From assembly GCA_022840825.1 (NCBI GenBank), contig JALHDB010000001.1:362737-426736 (forward strand): a stretch of 64,000 bases of DNA, given 5' to 3'. Under the pieces are notes generated by a model. That model was given only the letters and a program-made list of their open reading frames with translations. It did no database searches and was not told where the DNA came from. The position numbers and the translations under genes were made by a program. This DNA is from Negativicutes bacterium. Lineage in GTDB: Bacteria; Bacillota; Negativicutes; JALHDB01. Below, piece by piece: positions 1-9,574 of this stretch. The stretch's first letter is position 1; every line of letters starts with the position of its first letter.

Positions 1-61
1 CTGCATATAAAGGCGTTTTTAAGTTCGAACATGCTAAACCTGTGAAGGATGGTGGGAAACA

Positions 62-391
62 ATGATCTTACCGATTGCAGGTCTTATAATTGGTATCTAT
101 ATTGGAACTATGTTTCCTTTACGCATTCCACAAGAATATGCTAAATTTATGTCAATTGCAGTGCTAGCTTCGTTAGATTCTGTATTTGGCGGTATGCGTT
201 CGGCAATCGAGGAAAAGTTTGATAATCAGGTTTTCATATCAGGCTTCTTCTTTAATGCTTTACTTGCAGCAGGGTTAGCTTATGTCGGAGAACGATTGGG
301 AATTGACCTTTACTATGTTGCATTATTAGCCTTTGGCTTACGTATTTTTCAGAACCTGGCAATTATTCGCCGCTATTTTTTAAAAAAATAG
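62..391 (+). CDS. sbp: Small basic membrane protein (Sbp/YlxX-like, DUF1290) upstream of ftsA
   Basis: 109 aa, two hydrophobic segments, basic C-terminus (IIRRYFLKK). It sits immediately upstream of ftsA as sbp does in Bacillus. RBS ggtggga lies before the ATG. Confidence 0.6.
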   Translation: MILPIAGLIIGIYIGTMFPLRIPQEYAKFMSIAVLASLDSVFGGMRSAIEEKFDNQVFISGFFFNALLAAGLAYVGERLGIDLYYVALLAFGLRIFQNLAIIRRYFLKK

Positions 392-525
392 CGGCTTTTT
401 TATCCGGGTCTCAAGTCACGTTTTATAAAAAACGGGTGTAAATTATTGCAACAAAAGAGGGAATTAAAGACTAATGTTGAAATTAAAGGACAAGAATATT
501 TAGATTTAAGAAACTGGGTTAGAAA

Positions 526-1704
526 ATGAGAGAATATACTTTAGCGATTGATGTAGGAAATCGAAATGTGAAAGTTGTCTTATGCGGGGTAGACCAAAAC
601 CAACAGTTTTCTATTTTTGCCGGGACGACGATGGCTTCAAGTGGATTCCGTAAAGGAGATGTTACTGACGTCGAGAAATTGGCTGATTGTATTTGTGCAG
701 CCGTAAATTCAATTCCTTATGAACGGTATGGGATTCCTAATCGAATTATGTTAGGAATTGGTGGAATGGGACTAACCGGACAGCAATGTATTGGCTCTAT
801 TGGAATAGAGGCAGATAAGGTGTTATCCCAAGATGTTTCGCGAGCCATAAATTCGGCGGTTGTTGCTTCAGTTAATGATCGTCAAACTTTGATCCATGCA
901 GTTCCTATCAGATATTGGCTTGACGGAAAGGAATGCGATATTCCGCTAAACAAATCAGCAATGCAATTACAAGTGGGCGTTTATATTGTAACAGCAGATA
1001 AAACTGTTTTAGATAATTTGTTATCAGCTTTGAGCAATAGAGGTGTTGATGTCGATACTGTTGTTGCAAATATTATTGTTCAAGGACAAATATTAGTACC
1101 GAAGAAAAAGGATCAGGACCTGTTGATGATTGATATCGGAGCAGGTACTGCCGATTTAATTCTTTATGAAGAAGGCACAATTCGTTTAGCGGCTTCTTTA
1201 CCGCTGGGCGGGGCATACATAGTCGAAGATGTTGCTAAAGGCTTTCGTATTAGTAACTTGCATGCTGAAAAGATTGTTCGCTATTATAATGAACTGGAGG
1301 CCGGACTTTGCGGGAAAAATATTATATTGGACTGTGGTTTGGACGATGCGGAAGAACTATTAATTCCGTATGATTTTCTTGAGAAGATAATTGAGAGTAG
1401 GGTTGAGGAAATTTCGTCGTTAATATTTGAGTATGTAAAACCATACTTGAGTAATAAGCTACCGTGTAATGTGATAATATCCGGAGGTTGTGCTGCTATG
1501 CCCAGCTTTTTAGAATATTTTTCTCAGACTTTAGGAAACGTACAGTGTATTCGTAATGATATCGCCGAATATGCCCACCCGGCATATTCCGCATGTGTCG
1601 CGATTTCAAAGTATGGATTTATAAATAACAATCAATCATACGACGATGATAATCGGTTGTGTTCGTTTATAAAGAAAGTATCAAGAATTTTTGGCAAAAA
1701 CTGA
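526..1704 (+). CDS. ftsA: Cell division protein FtsA (actin-like ATPase), divergent and short
   Basis: N-terminal LAIDVGNRNVKVV phosphate-1-like motif and a C-terminal amphipathic helix (SFIKKVSRIFGK). It directly precedes ftsZ. Confidence 0.8.
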   Translation: MREYTLAIDVGNRNVKVVLCGVDQNQQFSIFAGTTMASSGFRKGDVTDVEKLADCICAAVNSIPYERYGIPNRIMLGIGGMGLTGQQCIGSIGIEADKVLSQDVSRAINSAVVASVNDRQTLIHAVPIRYWLDGKECDIPLNKSAMQLQVGVYIVTADKTVLDNLLSALSNRGVDVDTVVANIIVQGQILVPKKKDQDLLMIDIGAGTADLILYEEGTIRLAASLPLGGAYIVEDVAKGFRISNLHAEKIVRYYNELEAGLCGKNIILDCGLDDAEELLIPYDFLEKIIESRVEEISSLIFEYVKPYLSNKLPCNVIISGGCAAMPSFLEYFSQTLGNVQCIRNDIAEYAHPAYSACVAISKYGFINNNQSYDDDNRLCSFIKKVSRIFGKN

Positions 1705-1729
1705 CTGGAAATAGGGAGGAGCATTATTA

Positions 1730-2779
1730 ATGCTGGAATTTGATATGGATTTGGAACAATTTGCAAAAATTAAGGTTGTTGGAGTTGGCGGAGGCGGCAA
1801 TAATGCTGTGAACCGTATGATTTCTGCCGGACTGCAAGGTGTTGATTTTGTTGCTTTAAATACAGACGGACAAGCACTTATGCTTTCGCAAGCTAGTGCA
1901 CGTATACAAATAGGCGAGAAGTTAACGAAAGGATTAGGAGCAGGAGCAAATCCTGATATTGGAGAAAAGGCTGCTCAAGAAAGTCGGGAGGAAATTTTAA
2001 AAGCTTTGAAAGGAGCGGATATGGTTTTTGTTACCGCCGGAATGGGCGGTGGGACAGGAACCGGTGCCGCACCGGTTGTTGCTGAGTGCGCTAAAGAGGT
2101 TGGAGCTTTAACTGTTGGCGTAGTTACCCGCCCCTTTACATTCGAAGGCCGGCGTCGACAAATACAGGCAGAACGAGGTATTGCTAATCTAAAGGAAAAA
2201 GTCGACACATTAATTACAATACCTAATGATAGATTAATGCAGGTCGTAGATAAGCGGACTCCGATAATTGAAGCATTTCGAATTGCAGATGATGTTTTAC
2301 GCCAAGGTGTACAAGGAATATCCGACTTAATTGCTGTCCCCGGCTTAATTAACCTTGATTTTGCTGATGTAAAGACAATTATGTTTGATGCTGGTTCGGC
2401 TCTAATGGGCATCGGAATTGCAACAGGCGATAACCGTGCAGTTGTGGCTGCTGAGGCTGCTATAAAAAGCCCACTATTAGAGACTTCAATTGAAGGAGCT
2501 AAAGGAGTATTGTTAAATATTACCGGAGGAACAAGCTTAGGCTTGTTTGAAGTTAATGAGGCTGCGGGTATTATTCAATCGGCAGCAGATCCTGAAGCTA
2601 ATATTATTTTTGGAGCTGTAATTGATGAAAAATTCGATGATGAGATAAGAGTTACCGTTATTGCTACGGGTTTTGACATAAAATCAACCGCTCGAATTGC
2701 CCAAGAAGCTAATGAAAATCCGATTATACAGCCTTTCCGCGGGCGTGACCTTGACATTCCGACCTGGATGAGAAAATAA
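1730..2779 (+). CDS. ftsZ: Cell division GTPase FtsZ
   Basis: [11 protein letters not shown] tubulin signature, T7 loop NLDFADV, C-terminal conserved peptide DIPTWMRK. Strong RBS gggagga. Confidence 0.95.
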   Translation: MLEFDMDLEQFAKIKVVGVGGGGNNAVNRMISAGLQGVDFVALNTDGQALMLSQASARIQIGEKLTKGLGAGANPDIGEKAAQESREEILKALKGADMVFVTAGMGGGTGTGAAPVVAECAKEVGALTVGVVTRPFTFEGRRRQIQAERGIANLKEKVDTLITIPNDRLMQVVDKRTPIIEAFRIADDVLRQGVQGISDLIAVPGLINLDFADVKTIMFDAGSALMGIGIATGDNRAVVAAEAAIKSPLLETSIEGAKGVLLNITGGTSLGLFEVNEAAGIIQSAADPEANIIFGAVIDEKFDDEIRVTVIATGFDIKSTARIAQEANENPIIQPFRGRDLDIPTWMRK

Positions 2780-2794
2780 GAGAATTGTTTTTAC

Positions 2795-2824
2795 CAAGCT
2801 GCTTTTACAGCAGCTTGTTTTTTT
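2795..2824 (+). terminator. Rho-independent terminator after ftsZ
   Basis: Stem caagctgc/gcagcttg with a 7-nt loop, followed by a T-run at 2818-2824. Confidence 0.7.
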
Positions 2825-2834
2825 GTGTTTTTTG

Positions 2835-2897
2835 GTGACATTTGCGGATTTGTCATAACCAAAGATTGACATATTTTTAGCAACTACGCAGTTATAA
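2835..2897 (+). promoter_or_regulatory. spoIIG-type promoter: TTGACA and TATAAT with a 21-nt spacer plus three TGACA/TGTCA (Spo0A-box-like) half sites
   Basis: ttgaca at 2865-2870 and tataat at 2892-2897 are separated by 21 nt. tgaca/tgtca copies lie at 2835, 2850 and 2866. Confidence 0.5.
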
Positions 2898-2973
2898 TAG
2901 GAATAAAGTATTGAACCAAACATAGAATTAATATGTGAATTACGGCCCAACCTTATACCGGGAAGTGGAAATC

Positions 2974-3915
2974 ATGTATGTTTATGCCGATGTTATTGTT
3001 GCACTAAACTCAATATTGAATTTGATTATACTCTATCTGACGGCCAAAGTCGCAGGAGGCAATTTCAGTTGGCGAAGAATTATATTCTGCTCAATTATGA
3101 GCAGCATTTATGTTCTTGGCGAATTTTATCCGCCGCTATTTTTTCTCTATATGTTGCCAGCCAAAATTATATTATCTTTGATAATTGTAATAGGTGCTTT
3201 TGGTTATACATCTTTACGTCAATTGATACAACTTTTGGGATTTTTCTATCTAGTGTCATTTATAATTGGCGGTGCCGTTGTAGGATGGATGTATTTGCTG
3301 CCGACAGCAGATTGTTATCCTGCAACATTAGTATCATCATTTCATCATCTGACCTGCGGTGATGTTTTGCTCGGGAGCTTATTCGGTGTTGGACTAGTTC
3401 TGTTGCTGGCCAAAGGTATTATCGAACGCAGAATAAACCGTAGAATGGTGATGGAGATTCTAATTGAATATAAAGATAAATCAACGACTGCAAAGGCCTT
3501 GATTGATTCCGGGAACCGTTTATTTACAATAGCAGGACATCGGCCGGTTGTGATAATAGAATTGAGGGCAATTGAAAGGATTTTGAGTTCACAGGTAGTT
3601 TACTATCTTCATCAGACGATGGTTGATGACTGGATTGCCGGTATAGAGAATTGCCATGATCCGGAATGGCTGGAGCGAATGGAAGTAATACCTTATCAGT
3701 CGGTAGGTAAGCAAAGTATTATGGTAGGATTTCGACCAGACAGTGTAAGAGTGAAAATGCAAAATGATGAATTATTATTGGATGTTATATTAGGCATCGT
3801 GAAAGAAAAACTTTCGCCTGATGGGCAATATTTGGCATTGCTTCATTCACAGATAATTGATTATTTTGGCAATAATGAGGAGGCAGTTGTATGCGCATTA
3901 CCTGGCCAATCGTAA
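2974..3915 (+). CDS. spoIIGA: Sporulation sigma-E processing protease SpoIIGA
   Basis: Polytopic N-terminal membrane domain and the aspartic protease motif IDSGN. It lies directly upstream of pro-sigma-E. I placed the start at the ATG with RBS ggaagtgg; the ORF track begins at 2935. Confidence 0.8.
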   Translation: MYVYADVIVALNSILNLIILYLTAKVAGGNFSWRRIIFCSIMSSIYVLGEFYPPLFFLYMLPAKIILSLIIVIGAFGYTSLRQLIQLLGFFYLVSFIIGGAVVGWMYLLPTADCYPATLVSSFHHLTCGDVLLGSLFGVGLVLLLAKGIIERRINRRMVMEILIEYKDKSTTAKALIDSGNRLFTIAGHRPVVIIELRAIERILSSQVVYYLHQTMVDDWIAGIENCHDPEWLERMEVIPYQSVGKQSIMVGFRPDSVRVKMQNDELLLDVILGIVKEKLSPDGQYLALLHSQIIDYFGNNEEAVVCALPGQS

Positions 3916-4625
3916 AATTGTTTTTCAGAATTAAATATATTCAATTATTACAATGGTTACCTTTTATAAGCCGTGAAATATATTATGTAGGTAGCAGTGA
4001 AATACTTCCGCCGCCTTTGTCTAATGATGAAGAAAATTTTTTGTTGTTACGGTTGCAGAATGGCGATGGCGCAGTGAAAAGTATTTTTATTGAACGGAAT
4101 TTGCGATTAGTAGTATATATTGCCCGTAAATTTGAAAATACCGGCGTCGGTATTGAAGATCTAGTAAGCATAGGCACTATTGGGCTTATAAAAGCAGTCA
4201 ATACTTTTGATCCGGTCAAAAGAATCAAATTAGCTACTTATGCTTCGCGGTGCATTGAAAATGAAATATTGATGTACCTAAGAAGAAATAGCAAAACTCG
4301 TTCAGAGGTTTCTTTTGATGAGCCGTTAAATATTGATTGGGACGGCAATGAATTGCTGCTTTCAGATGTGCTTGGTACTGATAATGACATTATCTACAAG
4401 TCAGTAGAAGAAGAAGTTGATAAAACCTTACTGTATGCGGCCATGAAAAAGCTTTCCGGTCGTGAAAGACGGATTATGGAATTACGATTTGGCCTTAACC
4501 ATGACGGGGTGGAAAGAACGCAGAAAGATGTAGCGGATTTATTAGGAATATCTCAGTCCTATATTTCACGTTTAGAAAAACGAATAATTAAGCGATTAAG
4601 AAAAGAGATCAGCCGGATGGAATAG
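3891..4625 (+). CDS. sigE: Sporulation sigma factor pro-sigma-E (SigE)
   Basis: A pro-sequence is followed by [14 protein letters not shown], and sigma-70 regions 2 to 4 are present. Strong RBS aggaggcag. The start overlaps the spoIIGA stop by 25 nt, as in Bacillus. Confidence 0.9.
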   Translation: MRITWPIVKLFFRIKYIQLLQWLPFISREIYYVGSSEILPPPLSNDEENFLLLRLQNGDGAVKSIFIERNLRLVVYIARKFENTGVGIEDLVSIGTIGLIKAVNTFDPVKRIKLATYASRCIENEILMYLRRNSKTRSEVSFDEPLNIDWDGNELLLSDVLGTDNDIIYKSVEEEVDKTLLYAAMKKLSGRERRIMELRFGLNHDGVERTQKDVADLLGISQSYISRLEKRIIKRLRKEISRME

Positions 4626-4667
4626 TTTGAGGGAAAGCTGCTCAGTAATTGGGCGGTTTTTTTATTT

Positions 4668-4697
4668 GTATAAAATGGGGTTTCCATGGCAATAATG
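4668..4697 (+). promoter_or_regulatory. Forespore sigma-F/sigma-G-type promoter for sigG
   Basis: GTATA (4668-4672), a 15-nt spacer, then GGCAATAATG (4688-4697). This matches the sigma-F consensus GYATA-15-GGnnAnAHTR at every defined position. Confidence 0.55.
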
Positions 4698-4771
4698 CAC
4701 ATAGAGTGATGCTTTTACATAAGTCATAGAAGGTATATTGAATGAGATGAAGTTTAGGGAGGGTAAGCATA

Positions 4772-5545
4772 ATGATCATTAATAAAGTTGAAATATGTGG
4801 TGTGAACACAGCTAAGCTTCCCATCATATCTGCTAATAAAATGCGGGAATTATTTGTATCACTTCAAAGTGGGAATATACCGGCGCGAGAAGAACTGATC
4901 TACGGCAACCTACGTTTAGTCTTAAGCGTGATACAGAGGTTTAATAATCGTGGCGAATATGTCGACGATTTATTTCAAGTAGGATGTATTGGATTGATGA
5001 AAGCGATTGATAATTTTGATCTTGCCCAGAATGTCAAATTTTCAACATATGCTGTTCCGATGATTATTGGAGAAATTCGCCGCTATCTTCGGGATAATAA
5101 TCCTATTAGAGTTAGCAGGTCTATGCGGGATATTGCCTACAAAGCACTACAGGTACGAGATTCTCTTGTAAATAAGTACTCACGGGAGCCGTCTGTGTCT
5201 GAAATTGCCGCAGAGTTGAAAATTCCGCGCGAAGATATTATATTTTCTCTTGATGCGATTCAGGAGCCCATTTCATTATTTGAGCCGATTTATCATGATG
5301 GTGGAGATCCAATCTTTGTTATGGATCAGATCAGCGATGAAAAGAACTTAGATTTGAATTGGTTGCAAGGAGTTGCAATTAAAGAGGCTCTACATAAATT
5401 GAGTGAGCGCGAAAAACATATTTTAACATTACGCTTTTTTGAAGGTAAAACACAGATGGAGGTAGCTGAAGAGATTGGAATATCTCAGGCGCAGGTTTCG
5501 CGATTAGAAAAGGCAGCGCTTGGGCATATGCGAAAATATATTTAG
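4772..5545 (+). CDS. sigG: Sporulation sigma factor sigma-G (SigG)
   Basis: N-terminal VEICGVNTAKLP and the LIYGNLRLVLSVIQRF region 2. RBS agggaggg. Confidence 0.9.
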   Translation: MIINKVEICGVNTAKLPIISANKMRELFVSLQSGNIPAREELIYGNLRLVLSVIQRFNNRGEYVDDLFQVGCIGLMKAIDNFDLAQNVKFSTYAVPMIIGEIRRYLRDNNPIRVSRSMRDIAYKALQVRDSLVNKYSREPSVSEIAAELKIPREDIIFSLDAIQEPISLFEPIYHDGGDPIFVMDQISDEKNLDLNWLQGVAIKEALHKLSEREKHILTLRFFEGKTQMEVAEEIGISQAQVSRLEKAALGHMRKYI

Positions 5546-5553
5546 GAGGAATT

Positions 5554-6153
5554 ATGCGTAAAGGAATTGTAGTGTTTTTTTTAATTATGCTGATTTTATT
5601 TGTTAGTGGAGGTTGGAGTATATTATGCAGTAGTGCTAATGACTATTCTAATATCGAGAAAGAACAATTGATTCGGTTTCATGTCATCGCTAACAGTGAC
5701 AGTCCCAATGACCAGCAGGTCAAATTAAAAGTCCGTGATGCAGTTCTGCAGTATCTTTCCCATTATTTTCAACAATGCGAGACACCGGCACAAGCCAGAA
5801 AAGTTGTGTGTGAACATCATGTTGTCATAAAAAATATTGCGCAAAGTGTCTTGTTAAATAATGGTTTTGACTATCCGGTATCTGTCGAATTAGGCTGGTT
5901 TAATTTTCCGCTAAAGTCGTATGGTAATTTAGTATTACCCGGTGGCAGGTACGAAGCTGTTCAAATTAAACTTGGTAAAGCTCAGGGGAAAAATTGGTGG
6001 TGTGTATTATTTCCGCCGCTATGCATAATCGATGCTGGTTATGCTATTCCTGAAGAATCGGTTAATAAAGTCGAATTTAAGTTAAAATCAATAGAAATGA
6101 TAAAAAAATATTTTACTAATGATCAACAAAATTGTGCTAATATGAACTTATAA
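5554..6153 (+). CDS. spoIIR: Stage II sporulation protein R (SpoIIR)
   Basis: N-terminal signal/TM segment, then the IRFHVIANSDS and NWWCVLFPPLC motifs typical of SpoIIR. Only 8 nt separate it from sigG. Confidence 0.8.
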   Translation: MRKGIVVFFLIMLILFVSGGWSILCSSANDYSNIEKEQLIRFHVIANSDSPNDQQVKLKVRDAVLQYLSHYFQQCETPAQARKVVCEHHVVIKNIAQSVLLNNGFDYPVSVELGWFNFPLKSYGNLVLPGGRYEAVQIKLGKAQGKNWWCVLFPPLCIIDAGYAIPEESVNKVEFKLKSIEMIKKYFTNDQQNCANMNL

Positions 6154-6168
6154 AATAGATCCAAAAAG

Positions 6169-6206
6169 AGCTGCCTGTCATCATAAGATGGCAGGCAGTT
6201 TTTTTA
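6169..6206. terminator. Bidirectional rho-independent terminator
   Basis: Stem ctgcctg/caggcag. It has an A-run on the 5' side and a T-run at 6199-6205. Confidence 0.7.
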
Positions 6207-6274
6207 CCGACTGATATTTAGAGGAACGATTAGTCTTTGTCCTTCATATAATATAGCACTGGAGGTCAGACTGG

Positions 6275-6409
6275 CTATTTTTTCGATTTAATCTTCTCGT
6301 CTTCATTATTTAATCTTACTTTGGGTGATAGTTCTTTAGAGAAGTTTGTTTGACTTTGATTAAATTTTTCTTTATTAGAGCAGCAATCAGATTTACCGGA
6401 TTTAGCCAT
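6275..6409 (-). CDS. Unannotated small ORF (44 aa, Lys-rich, CC motif) with a strong SD; candidate small sporulation-associated protein
   Basis: Minus-strand ATG at 6409 is preceded by aaggagatga with a 4-nt spacer. The product is MAKSGKSDCCSNKEKFNQSQTNFSKELSPKVRLNNEDEKIKSKK. A CATACTA sigma-G-like -10 lies upstream at 6450-6456 (minus strand). Confidence 0.35.
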   Translation of the reverse strand: MAKSGKSDCCSNKEKFNQSQTNFSKELSPKVRLNNEDEKIKSKK

Positions 6410-6547
6410 AAAGTCATCTCCTTGTCAAAAGTTTATGAACCAACAATCATAGTATGTTCAGGTGTATTATTTTAAAGTCCAAGTAATTATTGGCTTGGCT
6501 TACAAACAACTTGGTATATATTAAAAATTTTTTGGAGGTGTAAAGGA

Positions 6548-6820
6548 ATGGGCGCAGGTGTGAGTAGTACCAGTGACCTGAAAATGAAGGAAGTAGTTAA
6601 TATTTTAGATGGAAGAAGGTTAGGAACAATTACTGATATTGAAATTGATATTGATAAAGGGACCTTAACTGCTATTGTCGTACCCGGCACAGGTAAATTC
6701 CTTGGCTTTTTTGGCAGAAATGAGGATATTGTCATTCCCTGGAGTAAGATACACAAGATTGGCATCGATGTAATTTTAGTCGAGGCAAGCGGCTATGCTG
6801 ACTATAAACTGGTAGAATAA
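6548..6820 (+). CDS. ylmC: YlmC/YmxH family sporulation protein (PRC-barrel)
   Basis: The core GRRLGTITDIEIDIDKGTLTAIVVPG...IPWSKIHKIGIDVILV matches YlmC/YmxH. RBS ggaggtg. The true start may be the internal ATG at 6584. Confidence 0.7.
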   Translation: MGAGVSSTSDLKMKEVVNILDGRRLGTITDIEIDIDKGTLTAIVVPGTGKFLGFFGRNEDIVIPWSKIHKIGIDVILVEASGYADYKLVE

Positions 6821-6857
6821 AAAAAGTAAAAATATTAGCTATCCAAAAAAGGAAATT

Positions 6858-6905
6858 ACACTATATATAGCGTATAATATATAAGGAGCATACAATATAT
6901 AGTAG
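6858..6905 (+). promoter_or_regulatory. Tandem NrdR boxes overlapping a TATAAT -10 upstream of nrdR-nrdD-nrdG
   Basis: Box 1 is acactatatatagcgt (6858-6873) and box 2 is atacaatatatagtag (6890-6905). Their starts are 32 bp apart. tataat lies at 6873-6878. Confidence 0.65.
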
Positions 6906-6965
6906 TTAGAAATATTATATTATATCAATATTTTTATTTTTGTTCAATGGGGTGATAGTCACATT

Positions 6966-7439
6966 ATGCGATGTCCATATTGTCAATATGCCGATAGCAA
7001 AGTAGTTGATTCCCGTGCAACAGAGGAAGGAAACTCTATTCGCCGTCGACGGGAGTGCCCAAATTGCATGAGACGGTTTACTACTTATGAGGTAATAGAG
7101 AAGATTCCTTTAATGGTAGTAAAAAAAGATGGACGACGAGAAATCTTTGATAGGACTAAGTTAATGAATGGGTTATTGAAATCGTTTGAAAAAAGGCCAA
7201 TATCTGTAAATGACGTAGAGCAATTAGTAAGTAAAATTGAGAGTGAGTTGCGTAATGCTGCCGATGCAGAAGTAACAACTACTCAAATAGGCGAAATTAC
7301 AATGAAGTATTTACGCGAAGTAGATCAGGTTGCTTATGTAAGATTTGCTTCGGTATATAGACAATTTGCGGATATTAATAATTTTTTACAAGAATTAGAA
7401 AAATTAGTTAACCATAGCCGTAGTGGTCGTACAAAATGA
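6966..7439 (+). CDS. nrdR: Transcriptional repressor NrdR
   Basis: [17 protein letters not shown] zinc ribbon plus an ATP-cone domain. Confidence 0.92.
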   Translation: MRCPYCQYADSKVVDSRATEEGNSIRRRRECPNCMRRFTTYEVIEKIPLMVVKKDGRREIFDRTKLMNGLLKSFEKRPISVNDVEQLVSKIESELRNAADAEVTTTQIGEITMKYLREVDQVAYVRFASVYRQFADINNFLQELEKLVNHSRSGRTK

Positions 7440-7452
7440 GAGGGGATCTATA

Positions 7453-9465
7453 ATGTTTACTAAAATTAAAAAACGCGATGGCCGGGAAGTTTCTTTTGAT
7501 GAGGCCAAAATTACTGAGGCAATTTTTAAAGCTGCTAAAGCTGTCGGCGGTGCGGACAAGCAGATGGCAATGGAATTAACTCTCGATGTACTTCGTTTTT
7601 TAAAACAAAAATATAATGGCAGCTTGTTTTCGGTTGAAGAAGTTCAGGATGCTGTGGAAAAAATATTAATTGAGAAAGGTCATGCTAAAACGGCAAAAGC
7701 ATATATACTTTATCGGGCCAGGCGAACAAGAATACGCGATGCTAAATCTGATTTGATGGATGCGGTGGGAGAAATTTTAATTGAAACTAATCGGGATAAT
7801 GCAAACATTTCAAACTCACCTTCAGCCAAAATGCTGCAAATTGCCAGTGCTGCAAGTAAGACATATTATTTGAATCGGATTATTCCGGACAATATGGCCT
7901 TGGCGCATAGTCGTGGTGATATACATATTCATGACTTGGATTTTTATGGAAAAACACTTAACTGTTTACAAATTCCACTGGGAAAATTATTAAGGTCTGG
8001 ATTTAATAACGGCCACGGTTTTATACGGCCTCCTAAACGTCCGGCTTCGGCTACGGCTTTAGCTGCAATTATCTTACAGAGTTGTCAAAATGATATGTTT
8101 GGTGGCCAATCTTTTGCTTTTTTCGATCGTGATATGGCTCCGTTTATGGAAAATGCCAGTGAAGAAGAAGTATTTCAAGCAATGGAAGCGTTTGTATATA
8201 ATCTCAACAGTATGCATTCTCGCGCTGGCGCTCAGGTTCCGTTTTCGAGTTTAAATCTTGGTACAGATACTTCTCCTTCCGGTCGGAAAGTAACCAAAAA
8301 TTTATTGTTGGCTTATGAAAAAGGGTTAGGACGTGGTGAAAATCCGATTTTCCCGAATATTTTATTTAGAGTAAAACAGGGTGTCAACCTTAACCCTGGT
8401 GATCCTAACTATGATTTATTTAAGTTGGCGATCCGGGTCGCTGCACAGCGATTAAATCCTACTTTTACATTTATGGATACTTCTTTTAATAAACAATATG
8501 GTGATCAAGTTGGTTATATGGGTTGCCGCACGAGAGTAATGGCCAATAATTGCGGATCAGAGGTTACGGATAGTAGAGGAAACTTAAGTTTTACAACTAT
8601 AAACTTGCCTAGACTTGCAATACGGGCCGAACGCAATTTAATGGGTTTTTACCAAAGTTTGGCCGAAATAATTGATCTAACATGTGACCAGCTTTATCAT
8701 CGCTTTCAGCTTCAGGCTAATTTACGGGTAAGAGATTTGCCGTTTTTAATGGGACAAGGACTATATTTAAATGCCGAAAAGTTAAATTACGATGACCAAA
8801 TTGAAGATGCTATTAAGAACGGAACTTTGTCAGTTGGGTTTATCGGTTTAGCCGAAACACTTACTGCTTTGACCGGATATCACCACGGAGAAAATGATGA
8901 TTCGCAAGTTTTGGGCGAAGAAATTATTGCTTTTATGCGTAATAAAGTCGACAAAGCGATTGATAAGTATCGCCTAAACTATACGCTTATTGCTACACCG
9001 GCTGAAGGATTATCGGGACGGTTTATTAAACTTGATCGGCGTGAATATGGTATAATTCCCGGTGTTACTGATAAAGAATACTATACCAATTCATTTCATG
9101 TACCTGTAAATTATCCGATTAGTGCGTTTGATAAAATGCGAATAGAAGGAGTATATCATAAATATACAAACGCCGGACATATTAGCTATGTTGAATTTGC
9201 ATCACCGCCCATTAATAATTTAGACGCAGTCGAAGATTTGTTAAATCATATGCTTAAATGTGATTGTGGATATGTAGGCATTAATTTCCCGGTTGACTTT
9301 TGCGATAGCTGCGGATACCTTGGCGTGATTGATGCCGATAATTGTCCTAATTGTGATTCGGATAATATTCGCAGGGTACGCCGCATTACAGGTTATTTAA
9401 GTACTGTAGACCGTTTTAATGATGCAAAAAACTTTGAGTTAAAACAAAGAGTTAGCCATTTATAA
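7453..9465 (+). CDS. nrdD: Anaerobic ribonucleoside-triphosphate reductase NrdD (class III)
   Basis: N-terminal ATP-cone, a C-terminal Cys cluster (CDSCGY..CPNC) and a glycyl-radical-type RVRRITGY motif. RBS gaggggat precedes the ATG at 7453. Confidence 0.9.
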   Translation: MFTKIKKRDGREVSFDEAKITEAIFKAAKAVGGADKQMAMELTLDVLRFLKQKYNGSLFSVEEVQDAVEKILIEKGHAKTAKAYILYRARRTRIRDAKSDLMDAVGEILIETNRDNANISNSPSAKMLQIASAASKTYYLNRIIPDNMALAHSRGDIHIHDLDFYGKTLNCLQIPLGKLLRSGFNNGHGFIRPPKRPASATALAAIILQSCQNDMFGGQSFAFFDRDMAPFMENASEEEVFQAMEAFVYNLNSMHSRAGAQVPFSSLNLGTDTSPSGRKVTKNLLLAYEKGLGRGENPIFPNILFRVKQGVNLNPGDPNYDLFKLAIRVAAQRLNPTFTFMDTSFNKQYGDQVGYMGCRTRVMANNCGSEVTDSRGNLSFTTINLPRLAIRAERNLMGFYQSLAEIIDLTCDQLYHRFQLQANLRVRDLPFLMGQGLYLNAEKLNYDDQIEDAIKNGTLSVGFIGLAETLTALTGYHHGENDDSQVLGEEIIAFMRNKVDKAIDKYRLNYTLIATPAEGLSGRFIKLDRREYGIIPGVTDKEYYTNSFHVPVNYPISAFDKMRIEGVYHKYTNAGHISYVEFASPPINNLDAVEDLLNHMLKCDCGYVGINFPVDFCDSCGYLGVIDADNCPNCDSDNIRRVRRITGYLSTVDRFNDAKNFELKQRVSHL

Positions 9466-9520
9466 TTAGTTTTATTAACAGTCTTGCTATTGGGGTGAGC
9501 CCAAAATACAAAATCTGTTA

Positions 9521-9555
9521 GTTGGCACTTGTTGTGCTTTATCCACAGTGCCAAC
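9521..9555 (+). other. Stem-loop in the nrdD-nrdG intergenic region
   Basis: 9-bp stem gttggcact/agtgccaac with a 17-nt loop. It ends 6 nt before the nrdG RBS. Confidence 0.4.
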
Positions 9556-9574
9556 TGGCTTTATGGGGGAGTAT

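Noticed and set aside
1975-2412. 145-aa antisense ORF inside ftsZ. Similar antisense or out-of-frame ORFs lie at 2575-2757, 2684-2950, 3069-3362, 3983-4228, 21800-22105, 21807-22118, 33480-34106, 34632-35246, 54419-54652 and 56193-56853.
   Set aside because: Each lies entirely within a well-supported conserved gene on the other strand or frame. None has a ribosome-binding site. The compositions are low-complexity, typical of shadow ORFs.
6480-6547. Possible sigma-E promoter for ylmC.
   Set aside because: The -10 region (GTATATATT) does not match CATACAnT well enough to call.
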